Shown: positions 8,541 to 17,683 of the stretch, piece after piece | Position numbering within the stretch: position 1 is the stretch's first letter | How the letters are laid out: each line of letters begins with the position of its first letter | DNA from: Rhodoligotrophos defluvii | GTDB taxonomy: Bacteria > Pseudomonadota > Alphaproteobacteria > Rhizobiales > Im1 | Direction of reading: 5' to 3' | DNA length: 32,000 bases | Assembly: GCF_005281615.1 (NCBI RefSeq) | Contig: NZ_SZZM01000001.1 | Span: 1,489,455 to 1,521,454, forward strand | Translations under genes and position numbers: made by a program | The notes under the pieces: generated by a model | Told to the model about the DNA's origin: nothing | The model's input: only the letters and a program-made list of their open reading frames with translations | The model's database searches: none

Positions 8541-10997
8541 ATGATGAACCTTGCCGAATATCGCCGCACTGCCAGCCGCCTGGCGGATTTCCTGCCTTGG
8601 GCGGCTCTGGTGGGCCACGGCGCCGTCCTCAACAAGGACGGTTCGTTCCAGCGTACCGCACGCTTCCGCGGCCCCGACCTCGACAGTGCCGTTGCGGCCG
8701 AATTGGTCGCGGTCGCGGGACGCCTCAATAACGCCTTCCGTCGGCTCGGCTCTGGCTGGGCGATCTTCGTTGAAGCGCAACGGCACGAAGCCTCGACCTA
8801 TCCCAAGAGCCGTTTTCCCGATCCGGCTTCGGCCTTGGTCGATGCCGAGCGTAAGGCCGACTTCGAAGAAGCCGGCGCTCATTTCATTTCCGGCTACTTC
8901 CTGACCTTCACCTACCTGCCGCCGGCCGAAGATGCGGCGCGGACCGAAGCGTGGCTCTATGAAGGACGCGACCGAAGCGGCGTCGATCCGCACGAAGTCC
9001 TGCGCGGCTTCATCGATCGCACCGACCGGGTGCTGTCGCTGCTCGATGGTTTCATGCCGGAATGCGGCTGGCTCGATGACGCCGAGACGCTGACCTATCT
9101 GCATTCCTGCGTTTCAACCAACCGTCATCGGGTGCGGGTCCCCGAAACGCCGATCTATCTGGATGCGCTGCTCGCCGATCAGCCGCTCACCGGTGGGCTT
9201 GAGCCGCGTCTGGGACATTCCGATCTGCGCATCCTCACGATCGTCGGCTTCCCCACCGCGACGACACCCGGAATCCTGGACGAGCTGAACCGTCTTGCAT
9301 TCCCCTATCGCTGGTCGACACGGGCAATCCTGCTCGACAAGACCGACGCCACCAAGCTGCTCACCAGGATCAGGCGGCAATGGTTCGCCAAGCGCAAATC
9401 CATCGCCGCAATCCTGAAAGAAGTCATGACCAACGAGGCATCCGCCCTCGTTGACACCGACGCAGCCAATAAGGCCGCAGACGCCGATCTCGCGCTCCAG
9501 GAACTCGGGGCCGACTATGCCGGCCAGGCCTATGTCACGGCGACGATCACCGTCTGGGACAACGACCCGCGGATCGCAGACGAAAAGCTGCGTTTGGTCG
9601 AGAAGGTGGTCCAGGGCCGCGACTTCACCGCCATGCCCGAGACTATCAACGCCGTAGACGCATGGCTCGGCTCGCTGCCGGGCAATGTCTACGCCAATGT
9701 TCGGCAGCCGCCGATTTCCACGCTCAATCTCGCCCACATGATCCCGCTTTCAGCGGTGTGGGCGGGGCCGGAACGGGACGAGCACTTCGGGTCGCCCCCC
9801 TTGCTGTTCGGCAAGACCGAAGGAAGCACCCCGTTCCGGTTTTCCCTTCATGTCGGAGACGTCGGCCATACACTCGTCGTCGGTCCGACTGGTGCGGGCA
9901 AGTCCGTGCTGCTGGCGCTGATGGCGCTCCAATTCCGCCGCTACGAAAACTCTCAGGTTTTCGCCTTCGACTTCGGCGGCTCCATTCGGGCCGCAGCATT
10001 GGCGATGGGCGGCGATTGGCACGACCTTGGCGGTGATCTGACGGACGGCGCCGAGTCTTCCGTATCACTTCAGCCTCTCGCGCGCGTCCATGACGTGCCC
10101 GAACGCGCCTGGGCCGCTGACTGGCTCATCGCCATCCTGATGCGCGAAGGCATCCAGATCACGCCAGAGGTGAAGGAACACCTCTGGTCCGCCTTAACGT
10201 CGCTCGCCTCCGCCCCTGTCCAAGAACGCACCATCACCGGCCTGTGCGTGCTGCTGCAATCGAACGATCTCAAGCAAGCCTTGCGGTCCTATTGCGTCGG
10301 CGGGCCTTATGGTCGGCTTCTTGATGCCGAGAATGAGCATCTTGGGCATGCAGCGGTGCAGGCGTTCGAGATCGAGGGCCTTGTCGGCACAGGCTCTGCG
10401 CCCGCCGTTCTCGCCTATCTCTTCCACCGCATCGGCGACCGCCTCGACGGATCGCCCACACTGCTGATCATCGACGAAGGCTGGCTCGCCCTTGATGACG
10501 AAGGCTTCGCAGGTCAGCTCCGCGAATGGCTGAAGACCCTGCGCAAGAAGAACGCCTCGGTCATCTTCGCCACCCAATCGCTCAGCGACATTGATGGCTC
10601 GGCGATCGCCCCGGCCATCATCGAGAGCTGCCCGACGCGGCTGCTGCTGCCTAACGAACGGGCGATCGAGCCCCAGATCACCGCCATCTATCGTCGCTTC
10701 GGATTGAATGATCGGCAAATCGAGATCCTCGCGCGGGCCACCCCGAAGCGGGACTACTACTGCCAGTCGCGACGCGGCAACCGCTTGTTCGACTTGGGCC
10801 TCTCCGAAGTGGGCCTCGCGCTCACCGCGGCTTCCTCCAAAACCGATCAGACGGCCATCGCCAGGATCTTCGCCGAGCATGGGCCGGACGGATTCCTCCC
10901 CGCATGGCTGCGCCTGCGCGGCGTCGACTGGGCTGCCGACCTTATCCCCGATCTCGCCAATCTCGTTCCCCCAGCCCCCAAGGAGACTACATCATGA
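8541..10997 (+). CDS. trbE: TrbE conjugative transfer ATPase (VirB4 family)
   Basis: The track ORF starts at 8406, but GAGGGAG lies 8 nt upstream of the ATG at 8541 (MMNLAEYRR). Walker A GPTGAGKSV and Walker B LLIIDEGW are present. Confidence 0.93.
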   Translation: MMNLAEYRRTASRLADFLPWAALVGHGAVLNKDGSFQRTARFRGPDLDSAVAAELVAVAGRLNNAFRRLGSGWAIFVEAQRHEASTYPKSRFPDPASALVDAERKADFEEAGAHFISGYFLTFTYLPPAEDAARTEAWLYEGRDRSGVDPHEVLRGFIDRTDRVLSLLDGFMPECGWLDDAETLTYLHSCVSTNRHRVRVPETPIYLDALLADQPLTGGLEPRLGHSDLRILTIVGFPTATTPGILDELNRLAFPYRWSTRAILLDKTDATKLLTRIRRQWFAKRKSIAAILKEVMTNEASALVDTDAANKAADADLALQELGADYAGQAYVTATITVWDNDPRIADEKLRLVEKVVQGRDFTAMPETINAVDAWLGSLPGNVYANVRQPPISTLNLAHMIPLSAVWAGPERDEHFGSPPLLFGKTEGSTPFRFSLHVGDVGHTLVVGPTGAGKSVLLALMALQFRRYENSQVFAFDFGGSIRAAALAMGGDWHDLGGDLTDGAESSVSLQPLARVHDVPERAWAADWLIAILMREGIQITPEVKEHLWSALTSLASAPVQERTITGLCVLLQSNDLKQALRSYCVGGPYGRLLDAENEHLGHAAVQAFEIEGLVGTGSAPAVLAYLFHRIGDRLDGSPTLLIIDEGWLALDDEGFAGQLREWLKTLRKKNASVIFATQSLSDIDGSAIAPAIIESCPTRLLLPNERAIEPQITAIYRRFGLNDRQIEILARATPKRDYYCQSRRGNRLFDLGLSEVGLALTAASSKTDQTAIARIFAEHGPDGFLPAWLRLRGVDWAADLIPDLANLVPPAPKETTS

Positions 10998-11773
10998 CCA
11001 TCCATCGTTCCCGCTCGCGCGCACTATTCATGGCCGCGACAATGCTGGCGATGCCCGTCGCCCTGTCGCCGATCTTCATCTCTCCGGCGCATGCTCAATT
11101 TGGCTTCGGACGGATCGTGTATGATCCGTCCAATTACGCGCAGAACGTGCTCACTGCCGCGCGCACGCTGGAGCAGATCAACAACCAGATCACACAGCTT
11201 CAGAATGAAGCGCAGATGCTCATCAATCAGGCGCGCAATCTTGCGAGCCTGCCGCATTCCTCGCTCCAGCAGCTTCAACAGGGCTTTCAGCGCACGCAAC
11301 AGCTTCTGAGCCAGGCTCAGAACATCGCCTTCGATGTTCAGAGCATCGATCGGGCCTTTCAGCAACAATACGGCAATGTCTCACTGTCGACGACGGAACA
11401 ACAGCTCGTCGCCGATGCGCGCTCACGCTGGCAGAACACCGTGGGCGGACTGCAGGACGCCATGCGCGTCCAGGCCGGCGTGGTCGGCAACATCGACACG
11501 AACCGCGCCGAAGTTTCGACGCTGGTCGGCCAAAGCCAGGGGGCGACAGGCGCGCTCCAGGCGACCCAGGCCGGCAACCAGCTTCTCGCTCTCCAGTCGC
11601 AGCAGCTCTCCGATCTTGTCGCATTGCTTGCGGCCGATGGACGTGCCGGGGCGCTGACCGAAGCAGAAAGGGCTGCCGCAGCCGAACAGGGGCGCGAACA
11701 ACGCCGCCGGTTCCTGACGCCTGGCTCCGGCTATCAGCCCGGCAACGCCCAGATGTTCAACAACGGCAACTGA
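10994..11773 (+). CDS. trbJ: TrbJ (VirB5-like)
   Basis: The ATG at 10994 overlaps the trbE stop (ATGA). Signal peptide ending SPAHA/QF, followed by a Gln/Leu-rich coiled-coil body. Confidence 0.85.
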   Translation: MTIHRSRSRALFMAATMLAMPVALSPIFISPAHAQFGFGRIVYDPSNYAQNVLTAARTLEQINNQITQLQNEAQMLINQARNLASLPHSSLQQLQQGFQRTQQLLSQAQNIAFDVQSIDRAFQQQYGNVSLSTTEQQLVADARSRWQNTVGGLQDAMRVQAGVVGNIDTNRAEVSTLVGQSQGATGALQATQAGNQLLALQSQQLSDLVALLAADGRAGALTEAERAAAAEQGREQRRRFLTPGSGYQPGNAQMFNNGN

Positions 11774-11784
11774 GGGCGCGAGCA

Positions 11785-12072
11785 TTGGATGGCAAGCTGC
11801 TGGCACGGCTCGGCGCGGTCGTCTTCGTCGCCATCGCGATCACTGCGACGGCGATCGAGATGACCCGGAAGGAGGAAGCTCCCGCAGAGGAGCCCGCGCG
11901 TCTCGCAGAGCCCGTGCGCGATCCCCTGCGCGAGGCTCAACGCCGGTGCCAGCAGCTTGGTCAAAGCGCCGCAAGCGATGCGGACTGCATGCGCGTCTGG
12001 GCCGAAACCCGCGACCGCTTCCTCGGCCGTGCGCCGGCGCCCACAGCCCCACCTCAGAATCAAGGACAGTGA
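11785..12072 (+). CDS. trbK: Putative entry-exclusion protein TrbK-alt
   Basis: 95 aa with a TTG start, a single N-terminal hydrophobic helix and two Cys residues. It sits in the trbJ-trbL slot where TrbK-alt proteins occur. Confidence 0.6.
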   Translation: MDGKLLARLGAVVFVAIAITATAIEMTRKEEAPAEEPARLAEPVRDPLREAQRRCQQLGQSAASDADCMRVWAETRDRFLGRAPAPTAPPQNQGQ

Positions 12073-12075
12073 TCC

Positions 12076-13434
12076 ATGGGCGGCACCGGCGTCATCGACA
12101 CATTCCTCGGGACCTTCACCCGCTACATCGATTCAGGCTTCGGCCTGCTTGGCGGCGAAGTCGCCTTCATCGCCACAACCCTCATCGTCATCGACGTGAC
12201 GCTGGCAGCGCTCTTCTGGTCCTGGGGAGCTGACGACGACATCATCGCGCGCCTTGTAAAGAAGACACTTTTCGTCGGCGTCTTCGCCTACATCATCGGC
12301 AACTGGAACAATCTGGCGAACATCGTTTTCGACAGTTTCGCCGGGCTCGGTCTGAAGGGTTCGGGCACCAGCTTCACCGTTCAGGATCTTTTGCGCCCCG
12401 GCAAGGTGGCGCAGACCGGCCTTGATGCCGCCCGTCCACTGCTCGAATCCATTTCCGATCTGATGGGGTGGATCGCCTTCTTCGAGAACTTCATCCAGAT
12501 CGCCTGCCTGCTGTTCGCATGGGCTCTGGTGCTTCTCGCCTTCTTCATCCTGGCCGTGCAGCTCTTCGTAACGCTGATCGAGTTCAAGCTCACTACGCTT
12601 GCCGGCTTTGTGCTGATACCCTTCGGGCTGTTCGGCAAGACCGCCTTCATGGCCGAGCGCGTGCTGGGCAATGTCGTGTCATCCGGCATCAAGGTCCTGG
12701 TGCTTGCCGTCATCATCGGCATCGGATCGACCCTCTTCTCCCAGTTTACCGCTGGCTTCGGCGGCGAGACCCCTACGATTGACGAGGCCATGGCCGTGGT
12801 CCTCGCTGCGCTTTCGCTGCTCGGCCTGGGAATCTTCGGTCCTGGCATCGCCAGCGGCCTCGTCTCAGGCGGTCCGCAGCTCGGCGCCGGCGCCGCAGTC
12901 GGCACGGGGCTTGCCGTCGGCGGCGCGGCGCTGGCCGCAGGTGGTGCAGCGGGCCTGGCCGTCAAAGGCGGCGCCGCCGCCATGTCCGGTGGAGCCGCCG
13001 CCGTGCGTGGTGGCGCTGCCGCTGTCGGCGCTGCATCCTCGGCCTACAGTCTCGGTTCTCTTGGTCAGACTGGCGCGTCGGGCGTGGCCTCGGGCCTCGG
13101 AGGCGTCGCACGCGCAGCAGGTTCGGCTGCCGCATCGCCGCTCAAACGCGCCGCAACGAAAGCTGGCGAAAGCGTCAAGTCCAGCTTCGCCGAAGGCGCG
13201 AAGGCCGGTTTCGGAGCCACCGGCGGGTCCTCGACCATGGGGACCATCGGCGGCGCCGACGCTGCCCACGCTTCCGCCAGCCCTCCGCGAGATGGAGCCC
13301 CTGACTGGGCGAAGCGCATGAAACGCAGCCAGGCCCTCAGCCACGGCGTCTCAGCGGCCGGTCACGCCGTGCGCTCCGGCGACAGCCATGGCGGCGGCTC
13401 TTCCGTCAACCTTTCTGAAAGTGATCGCTCATGA
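12076..13434 (+). CDS. trbL: TrbL (VirB6 family) with a Gly/Ala/Ser-rich C-terminal tail
   Basis: 452 aa polytopic membrane protein. The low-complexity tail is usual for TrbL. Confidence 0.9.
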   Translation: MGGTGVIDTFLGTFTRYIDSGFGLLGGEVAFIATTLIVIDVTLAALFWSWGADDDIIARLVKKTLFVGVFAYIIGNWNNLANIVFDSFAGLGLKGSGTSFTVQDLLRPGKVAQTGLDAARPLLESISDLMGWIAFFENFIQIACLLFAWALVLLAFFILAVQLFVTLIEFKLTTLAGFVLIPFGLFGKTAFMAERVLGNVVSSGIKVLVLAVIIGIGSTLFSQFTAGFGGETPTIDEAMAVVLAALSLLGLGIFGPGIASGLVSGGPQLGAGAAVGTGLAVGGAALAAGGAAGLAVKGGAAAMSGGAAAVRGGAAAVGAASSAYSLGSLGQTGASGVASGLGGVARAAGSAAASPLKRAATKAGESVKSSFAEGAKAGFGATGGSSTMGTIGGADAAHASASPPRDGAPDWAKRMKRSQALSHGVSAAGHAVRSGDSHGGGSSVNLSESDRS

Positions 13435-14120
13435 GCCTCTTCAAACGACCCGCTACCCACTATGGCAAGACACCCGAGCCTGAAACACCATATCAGAAGG
13501 CAGCTCAGGTCTGGGACGAACGCATCGGCTCGGCCCGCGTGCAGGCGAAGAACTGGCGCTACATGGCGTTCGGCAGCCTGATTCTCACGGCGGGGTTTGC
13601 CGCAGCCCTGGTCTGGCAGTCAGCTCGCGGGACCGTCGTGCCTTGGGTCGTGCAGGTCGATAATCTTGGCCAAGCGCAAACCGTCGCGCCAGCCTCCGCG
13701 GACTATCGGCCCAACGACCCTCAGATCGCTTTCCACCTTGCTCGCTTCATCGAACAGACCCGCGCGATTCCGTCTGACGCCATCATTGTGCGCCAGAACT
13801 GGCTTCGCGCTTATGAATGGACCACTGATCGCGGAGCCGCAGCGCTGAACGATTACGCCCGTTCCAACGACCCCTTCACACGGGTCGGCCGCCAGCAAGT
13901 CGCCGTAGAAGTCTCAAGTGTGATCCGGGCTTCCCCCGATAGCTTCCGTGTCGCCTGGACAGAGCGTCACTATGAAAACGGCCAGCTCGCCCGAACGGAA
14001 CGCTGGACCGCCATCCTGACCATCGTCATCCAGACGCCGCGCGACGCAGAACGCCTCCGCGCCAATCCTCTGGGCATCTATGTCAATGCCATCAACTGGT
14101 CGCGGGAGATGAGCCAATGA
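13431..14120 (+). CDS. trbF: TrbF (VirB8-like)
   Basis: 229 aa with ATGA overlap with trbL. One N-terminal TM helix followed by a periplasmic domain. Confidence 0.9.
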   Translation: MSLFKRPATHYGKTPEPETPYQKAAQVWDERIGSARVQAKNWRYMAFGSLILTAGFAAALVWQSARGTVVPWVVQVDNLGQAQTVAPASADYRPNDPQIAFHLARFIEQTRAIPSDAIIVRQNWLRAYEWTTDRGAAALNDYARSNDPFTRVGRQQVAVEVSSVIRASPDSFRVAWTERHYENGQLARTERWTAILTIVIQTPRDAERLRANPLGIYVNAINWSREMSQ

Positions 14121-15100
14121 GCCGCCCTCCGATGAGCAAATCCGCGTTTCAGGTTTTATCCAGATCTGGCCTCGCGATCGTTCTGCTTTCCGCGACCGTA
14201 CTTGCCGGTTGCGCGACCAATCGGCCGCCGCAAATCAGTTACGACTCGAACGTGCCGCCGCTGCCCGCCGTGCCGGCAGTCGTCACGGACGCGCAGCCGA
14301 GGCCATTGCATGTCCCTCCGGCATGGACGCCGGCAAGAGGGGGGACAGCCGCCAACACCCCGGAGGGGCGCGTCCAGAACGCCAACTCGGCCGCCCGCGT
14401 TCAGCCTCGCCGCGAAGGCTATTTCAACTCGATCCAGATCTATCCGTGGAGCGAAGGCGCGCTCTATCAGGTCTATGCCGCGCCCGGGCAGATCACCAAT
14501 ATCGCGCTGGAGCCAGGCGAGAGCCTGACAGGGGCCGGCCCCATCGCCGCTGGCGACACGGCACGATGGATCATCGGCGATACCGAAAGCGGCAGCGGCG
14601 CGACCCGTCGCGTCCATATCCTCGTCAAACCAAGTCGCGCTGACATCACGACCAACCTCGTCATCACGACCGATCGGCGGGTTTACATGATCGAGCTGCG
14701 CTCCGGCGAAGCGCCATATATGCCCGCCGTCGCTTGGGCCTACCCGCAGCCGCCCGCAGGTCAGAGGCAGAGCGTCCCGGCGACGCCCGTCATCCCCGTC
14801 GCCTCGGCGCGCAACTATCGCTACGGCTTGACCGGCGATTCATCGCCCTGGCGGCCGGTGTCGGTCTATGATGACGGACGGCGGGTCTATGTCGAGTTCC
14901 CGCGCGGCATCGTGCAGGGCGAGATGCCGCCGCTGTTCGTCATTGGTTCCGATGGCGAAGCGCAGATCGTCAACAGCCGCATTTTCCAGCACATCCTGAT
15001 CGTCGATCGTCTTTTCGGCGCAGCCGAGCTGAGACTCGGCAGCGGCGACCGCCAGCAAACCGTCAGGATTGTCCGCACCGACGGGAGGCCAGCGTCATGA
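14117..15100 (+). CDS. trbG: TrbG (VirB9 family)
   Basis: 327 aa with ATGA overlap. Lipoprotein-like signal LLSATVLAGC and a VirB9-like C-terminal region. Confidence 0.9.
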   Translation: MSRPPMSKSAFQVLSRSGLAIVLLSATVLAGCATNRPPQISYDSNVPPLPAVPAVVTDAQPRPLHVPPAWTPARGGTAANTPEGRVQNANSAARVQPRREGYFNSIQIYPWSEGALYQVYAAPGQITNIALEPGESLTGAGPIAAGDTARWIIGDTESGSGATRRVHILVKPSRADITTNLVITTDRRVYMIELRSGEAPYMPAVAWAYPQPPAGQRQSVPATPVIPVASARNYRYGLTGDSSPWRPVSVYDDGRRVYVEFPRGIVQGEMPPLFVIGSDGEAQIVNSRIFQHILIVDRLFGAAELRLGSGDRQQTVRIVRTDGRPAS

Positions 15101-16293
15101 GCAACAAGGAAGATAACCGCGATGACGGCCTGGCGCCCGCCGGTCCCACTGTAGAGTCAACCTCGACCATGCGGCTGCGCGCTGAGCCCCCGCGCGTTAC
15201 CCGGCTGTCCCGCAAGGTATTGGCTGGTGTCGGCCTCGTCGCCAGCATCGGCATCGGCAGCGCGCTGATTTATGCGTTGCAGACGCGCCAAGGCGGGCCT
15301 GGCAACGAGGAGCTCTATTCCACGGAGAACAGAACCACTGCCGATGGTCTTGCGGGACTGCCGCGCGACTATACCGGACCGGTCCTCGGCCCGCCTTTGC
15401 CAGGCGATCTCGGCGGTCCGATCCTCGACGCCCAGAACCGCGGCCAGCCCGTCGTGCCGCCAGCAATGGCGACACCCCAGGTCGATCCCGAGGAGCAACG
15501 CCGTCTCGCCGAGGAGGAAGCAGCTCGAACGAGCCGGGTGTTCTTCCAAACAGGACCTGGAACGGGCGCGCCGCCTGCAACCCCAGCCATGAGCAGTCCG
15601 TCGCTGGCGGGCCTCGGCCTGCCGGGTCAGATGGGAACACCAACCGCCCAAGAGCGGCAGAGCGCTTTCCTGAACGCTGCTGTCGATCGGCGCACGGTCG
15701 CGCCAGATCGCGTCATGGCCCCGGCATCGCCCTATGTGCTTCAGGCCGGCGCGGTGATATCCGCCGCCCTCATAACCGGCATCCGCTCCGACCTTCCAGG
15801 CCAGATCACCGCCCAGGTGACCGAGCACATCTATGATAGTCCCACCGGCCGCATCCTGCTCGTCCCCCAAGGCACCCGCATCATCGGCGAATACAGCAAT
15901 GATGTCGGCTTCGGACAGCGCCGCGTGCTGCTAGTCTGGAACCGGCTGATCTTGCCGAACGGACGCTCTATCGTCCTGGAACGCCAGCCCGGCGCCGACA
16001 CGCAAGGCTATGCCGGCCTTGAGGACGGCGTCGACTACCATTGGTGGGACCTTGCGAAAGCCGCCGGGTTGTCGACCCTTCTCGCCGTGGGCGCCGAGAT
16101 CGCCGTCGACGATGAGGACCGTCTGATCCGCGCCATTCGTGACGGCGCCCAAGACACCATCAATGACGCTGGCCAGCAAATCATCCGCCGTCAGTTGCAG
16201 GTCGCGCCCACCCTGACAATCCGGCCGGGATTCCCGGTCCGGGTGATCGTCACTCGCGACCTGGTGCTCGAACCCTATGGAGCAGCGCAATGA
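15097..16293 (+). CDS. trbI: TrbI (VirB10 family)
   Basis: 398 aa with ATGA overlap. TM helix, Pro-rich linker and a conserved VirB10 C-terminal domain. Confidence 0.9.
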   Translation: MSNKEDNRDDGLAPAGPTVESTSTMRLRAEPPRVTRLSRKVLAGVGLVASIGIGSALIYALQTRQGGPGNEELYSTENRTTADGLAGLPRDYTGPVLGPPLPGDLGGPILDAQNRGQPVVPPAMATPQVDPEEQRRLAEEEAARTSRVFFQTGPGTGAPPATPAMSSPSLAGLGLPGQMGTPTAQERQSAFLNAAVDRRTVAPDRVMAPASPYVLQAGAVISAALITGIRSDLPGQITAQVTEHIYDSPTGRILLVPQGTRIIGEYSNDVGFGQRRVLLVWNRLILPNGRSIVLERQPGADTQGYAGLEDGVDYHWWDLAKAAGLSTLLAVGAEIAVDDEDRLIRAIRDGAQDTINDAGQQIIRRQLQVAPTLTIRPGFPVRVIVTRDLVLEPYGAAQ

Positions 16294-16511
16294 CCAAACT
16301 GAAGCTCGGCCCGATCGCCGAGGATAAGCCTGTAAAGATAACTCTGGATCTGCCCGGCGCTCTGCACCGTGACCTCAGTGCCTATGCTGAGGCGCTTGGT
16401 CGTGAATCCGGCCAACCCGTCATCGACCCCAAAAAGCTCATTGTTCCGATGCTTGAGCGGTTTATGGCAACCGACCGGGGGTTCGCCAAAGCTCGCCGAA
16501 ATCGCGACTGA
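16290..16511 (+). CDS. DUF2274 protein (terminal gene of Trb clusters)
   Basis: 73 aa starting MTKLKLGPIAEDKPVKITLDLP. ATGA overlap with trbI. This is the usual gene after trbI in this element family. Confidence 0.8.
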   Translation: MTKLKLGPIAEDKPVKITLDLPGALHRDLSAYAEALGRESGQPVIDPKKLIVPMLERFMATDRGFAKARRNRD

Positions 16512-16539
16512 TAGTGATCCCGGACGTCGTCCGACAAGA

Positions 16540-17514
16540 TCAGATAAGCCGCAGACGGTCTCCAGAGCCTTTGGACGCCAGTTTTGAGGCTAGCGATAGA
16601 AAACGCCGAAGTGCCGGATTATCCCGCCCGGGTGCCCACACTGCGCTGAACGGCACTATGTCTTCGTCCTCGACCAGAGGTCGCAGTACGAGCCGGGGGA
16701 CTGAAACAAAGCTCCAGCCGGCCGATACCACGGTTATGCCCCTGCCGATAGCGACCATATTCATCAAGGTCTCCTGGTTGCATGGCATGATCTTGATGGC
16801 GGGATAGGTGCTGTAATCCGCCAAGCGACGAACGATGTAATCGTGGACTTCGAGTCCGGGCGCGCATTTCGTTGCCAGGAATTTCTGGTCGCGGAGCCAC
16901 GACCATTCAATCGTTTCACGCTCGGCTAGATGATGATCCGCCGAGAACGCAACATGCACTCGCTCTTGCCAGAGTTCGGCGGTTTCACAATCGGCGATCG
17001 CGCCGTTTCCGGTAAAGAAAGCGATATCCAGTTGCCGGGACCGCAGTGCGGCTATGTGTTCGGCCCTTCCTCCATCCCTGATCTCTATGGCTACCCCTGG
17101 ATGTGACAAGGCATACTGTTCAATCAGCTCCCTCAGAAACCCGCCCGCGAGCGATGTCAGGACGCCGATGCTCAGGCTTCCGCTTTCACCGCGGCCCGCA
17201 GCACCGGCGGTTCGGGTCGCTCGCATGATCTGGTCAATCGCTGGACGAACGGCGGCGACAAATTGCTCTCCGGCATCCGTCAGGCAAATTCCGGAAGGGC
17301 ATCGCTCGAAGAACGAAACGCCCACCACATCCTCAATGCGTTGCACGCCCCGGCTCACTGTCGCCGGATACTGCCCCAACGCCTCCGCAGCCCGCCGAAA
17401 GCTGCGATAGTCCGCCGCCGCCACGACATACTGAAGCGCGCTCAGATCAAATGGGATCTTCTCGGACACGGGAGGAAAAGAAGGCCCCTCTGAGTCCTGG
17501 TTTTCCTCCTCCAT
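16540..17514 (-). CDS. LysR-family transcriptional regulator
   Basis: N-terminal wHTH LQYVVAAADYRSFRRAAEALGQYPATVSRGVQRIEDVVGVSFFER followed by a LysR substrate-binding domain. The ORF is open to 17589, but that ATG lacks an SD sequence. The ATG at 17514 has AAGG upstream and gives a more normal length (324 aa). Confidence 0.85.
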   Translation of the reverse strand: MEEENQDSEGPSFPPVSEKIPFDLSALQYVVAAADYRSFRRAAEALGQYPATVSRGVQRIEDVVGVSFFERCPSGICLTDAGEQFVAAVRPAIDQIMRATRTAGAAGRGESGSLSIGVLTSLAGGFLRELIEQYALSHPGVAIEIRDGGRAEHIAALRSRQLDIAFFTGNGAIADCETAELWQERVHVAFSADHHLAERETIEWSWLRDQKFLATKCAPGLEVHDYIVRRLADYSTYPAIKIMPCNQETLMNMVAIGRGITVVSAGWSFVSVPRLVLRPLVEDEDIVPFSAVWAPGRDNPALRRFLSLASKLASKGSGDRLRLI

Positions 17515-17594
17515 CCGCTCGACCTTCAGTCCGCCGGCGGAGGAAGCGATAACTGCCTCAGGATCAATGGCCTCGGGCAACAATCCCATTTGTG

Positions 17595-17620
17595 AAAAAC
17601 CGCCACGGTCAGTCCTGGCG
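17595..17620 (-). terminator. Weak rho-independent terminator after ptsN-like gene
   Basis: The - strand reads CGCCA-N10-TGGCG followed by GTTTTTC. The stem is only 5 bp, so the call is tentative. Confidence 0.3.
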
Positions 17621-17683
17621 TCGCCACACGGGGGAAGCCAGCGACCTCTACGACCGCCTGCCTATCCGGTCGTCGGATACTCC

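Larger units (their letters stand above)
1..16511 (+). mobile_element. Conjugative transfer backbone (Dtr + Trb/P-type T4SS) of an ICE or conjugative plasmid; partial, left end outside the window
   Basis: Uninterrupted co-directional run of 19 ORFs including a relaxase, a VirD4-type coupling protein and TrbB-I homologues. The gene order is typical of Tn4371-like/alphaproteobacterial Trb elements. No integrase or att site is visible in the window. Confidence 0.85.

Noticed and set aside
12850-13434. Gly/Ala/Ser-rich repetitive stretch that looks like a tandem repeat at DNA level (GGCGCC/GCCGCC runs)
   Set aside because: It is the low-complexity C-terminal tail of TrbL, which is usual for this family. 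It is not a repeat element or a CRISPR-like array.
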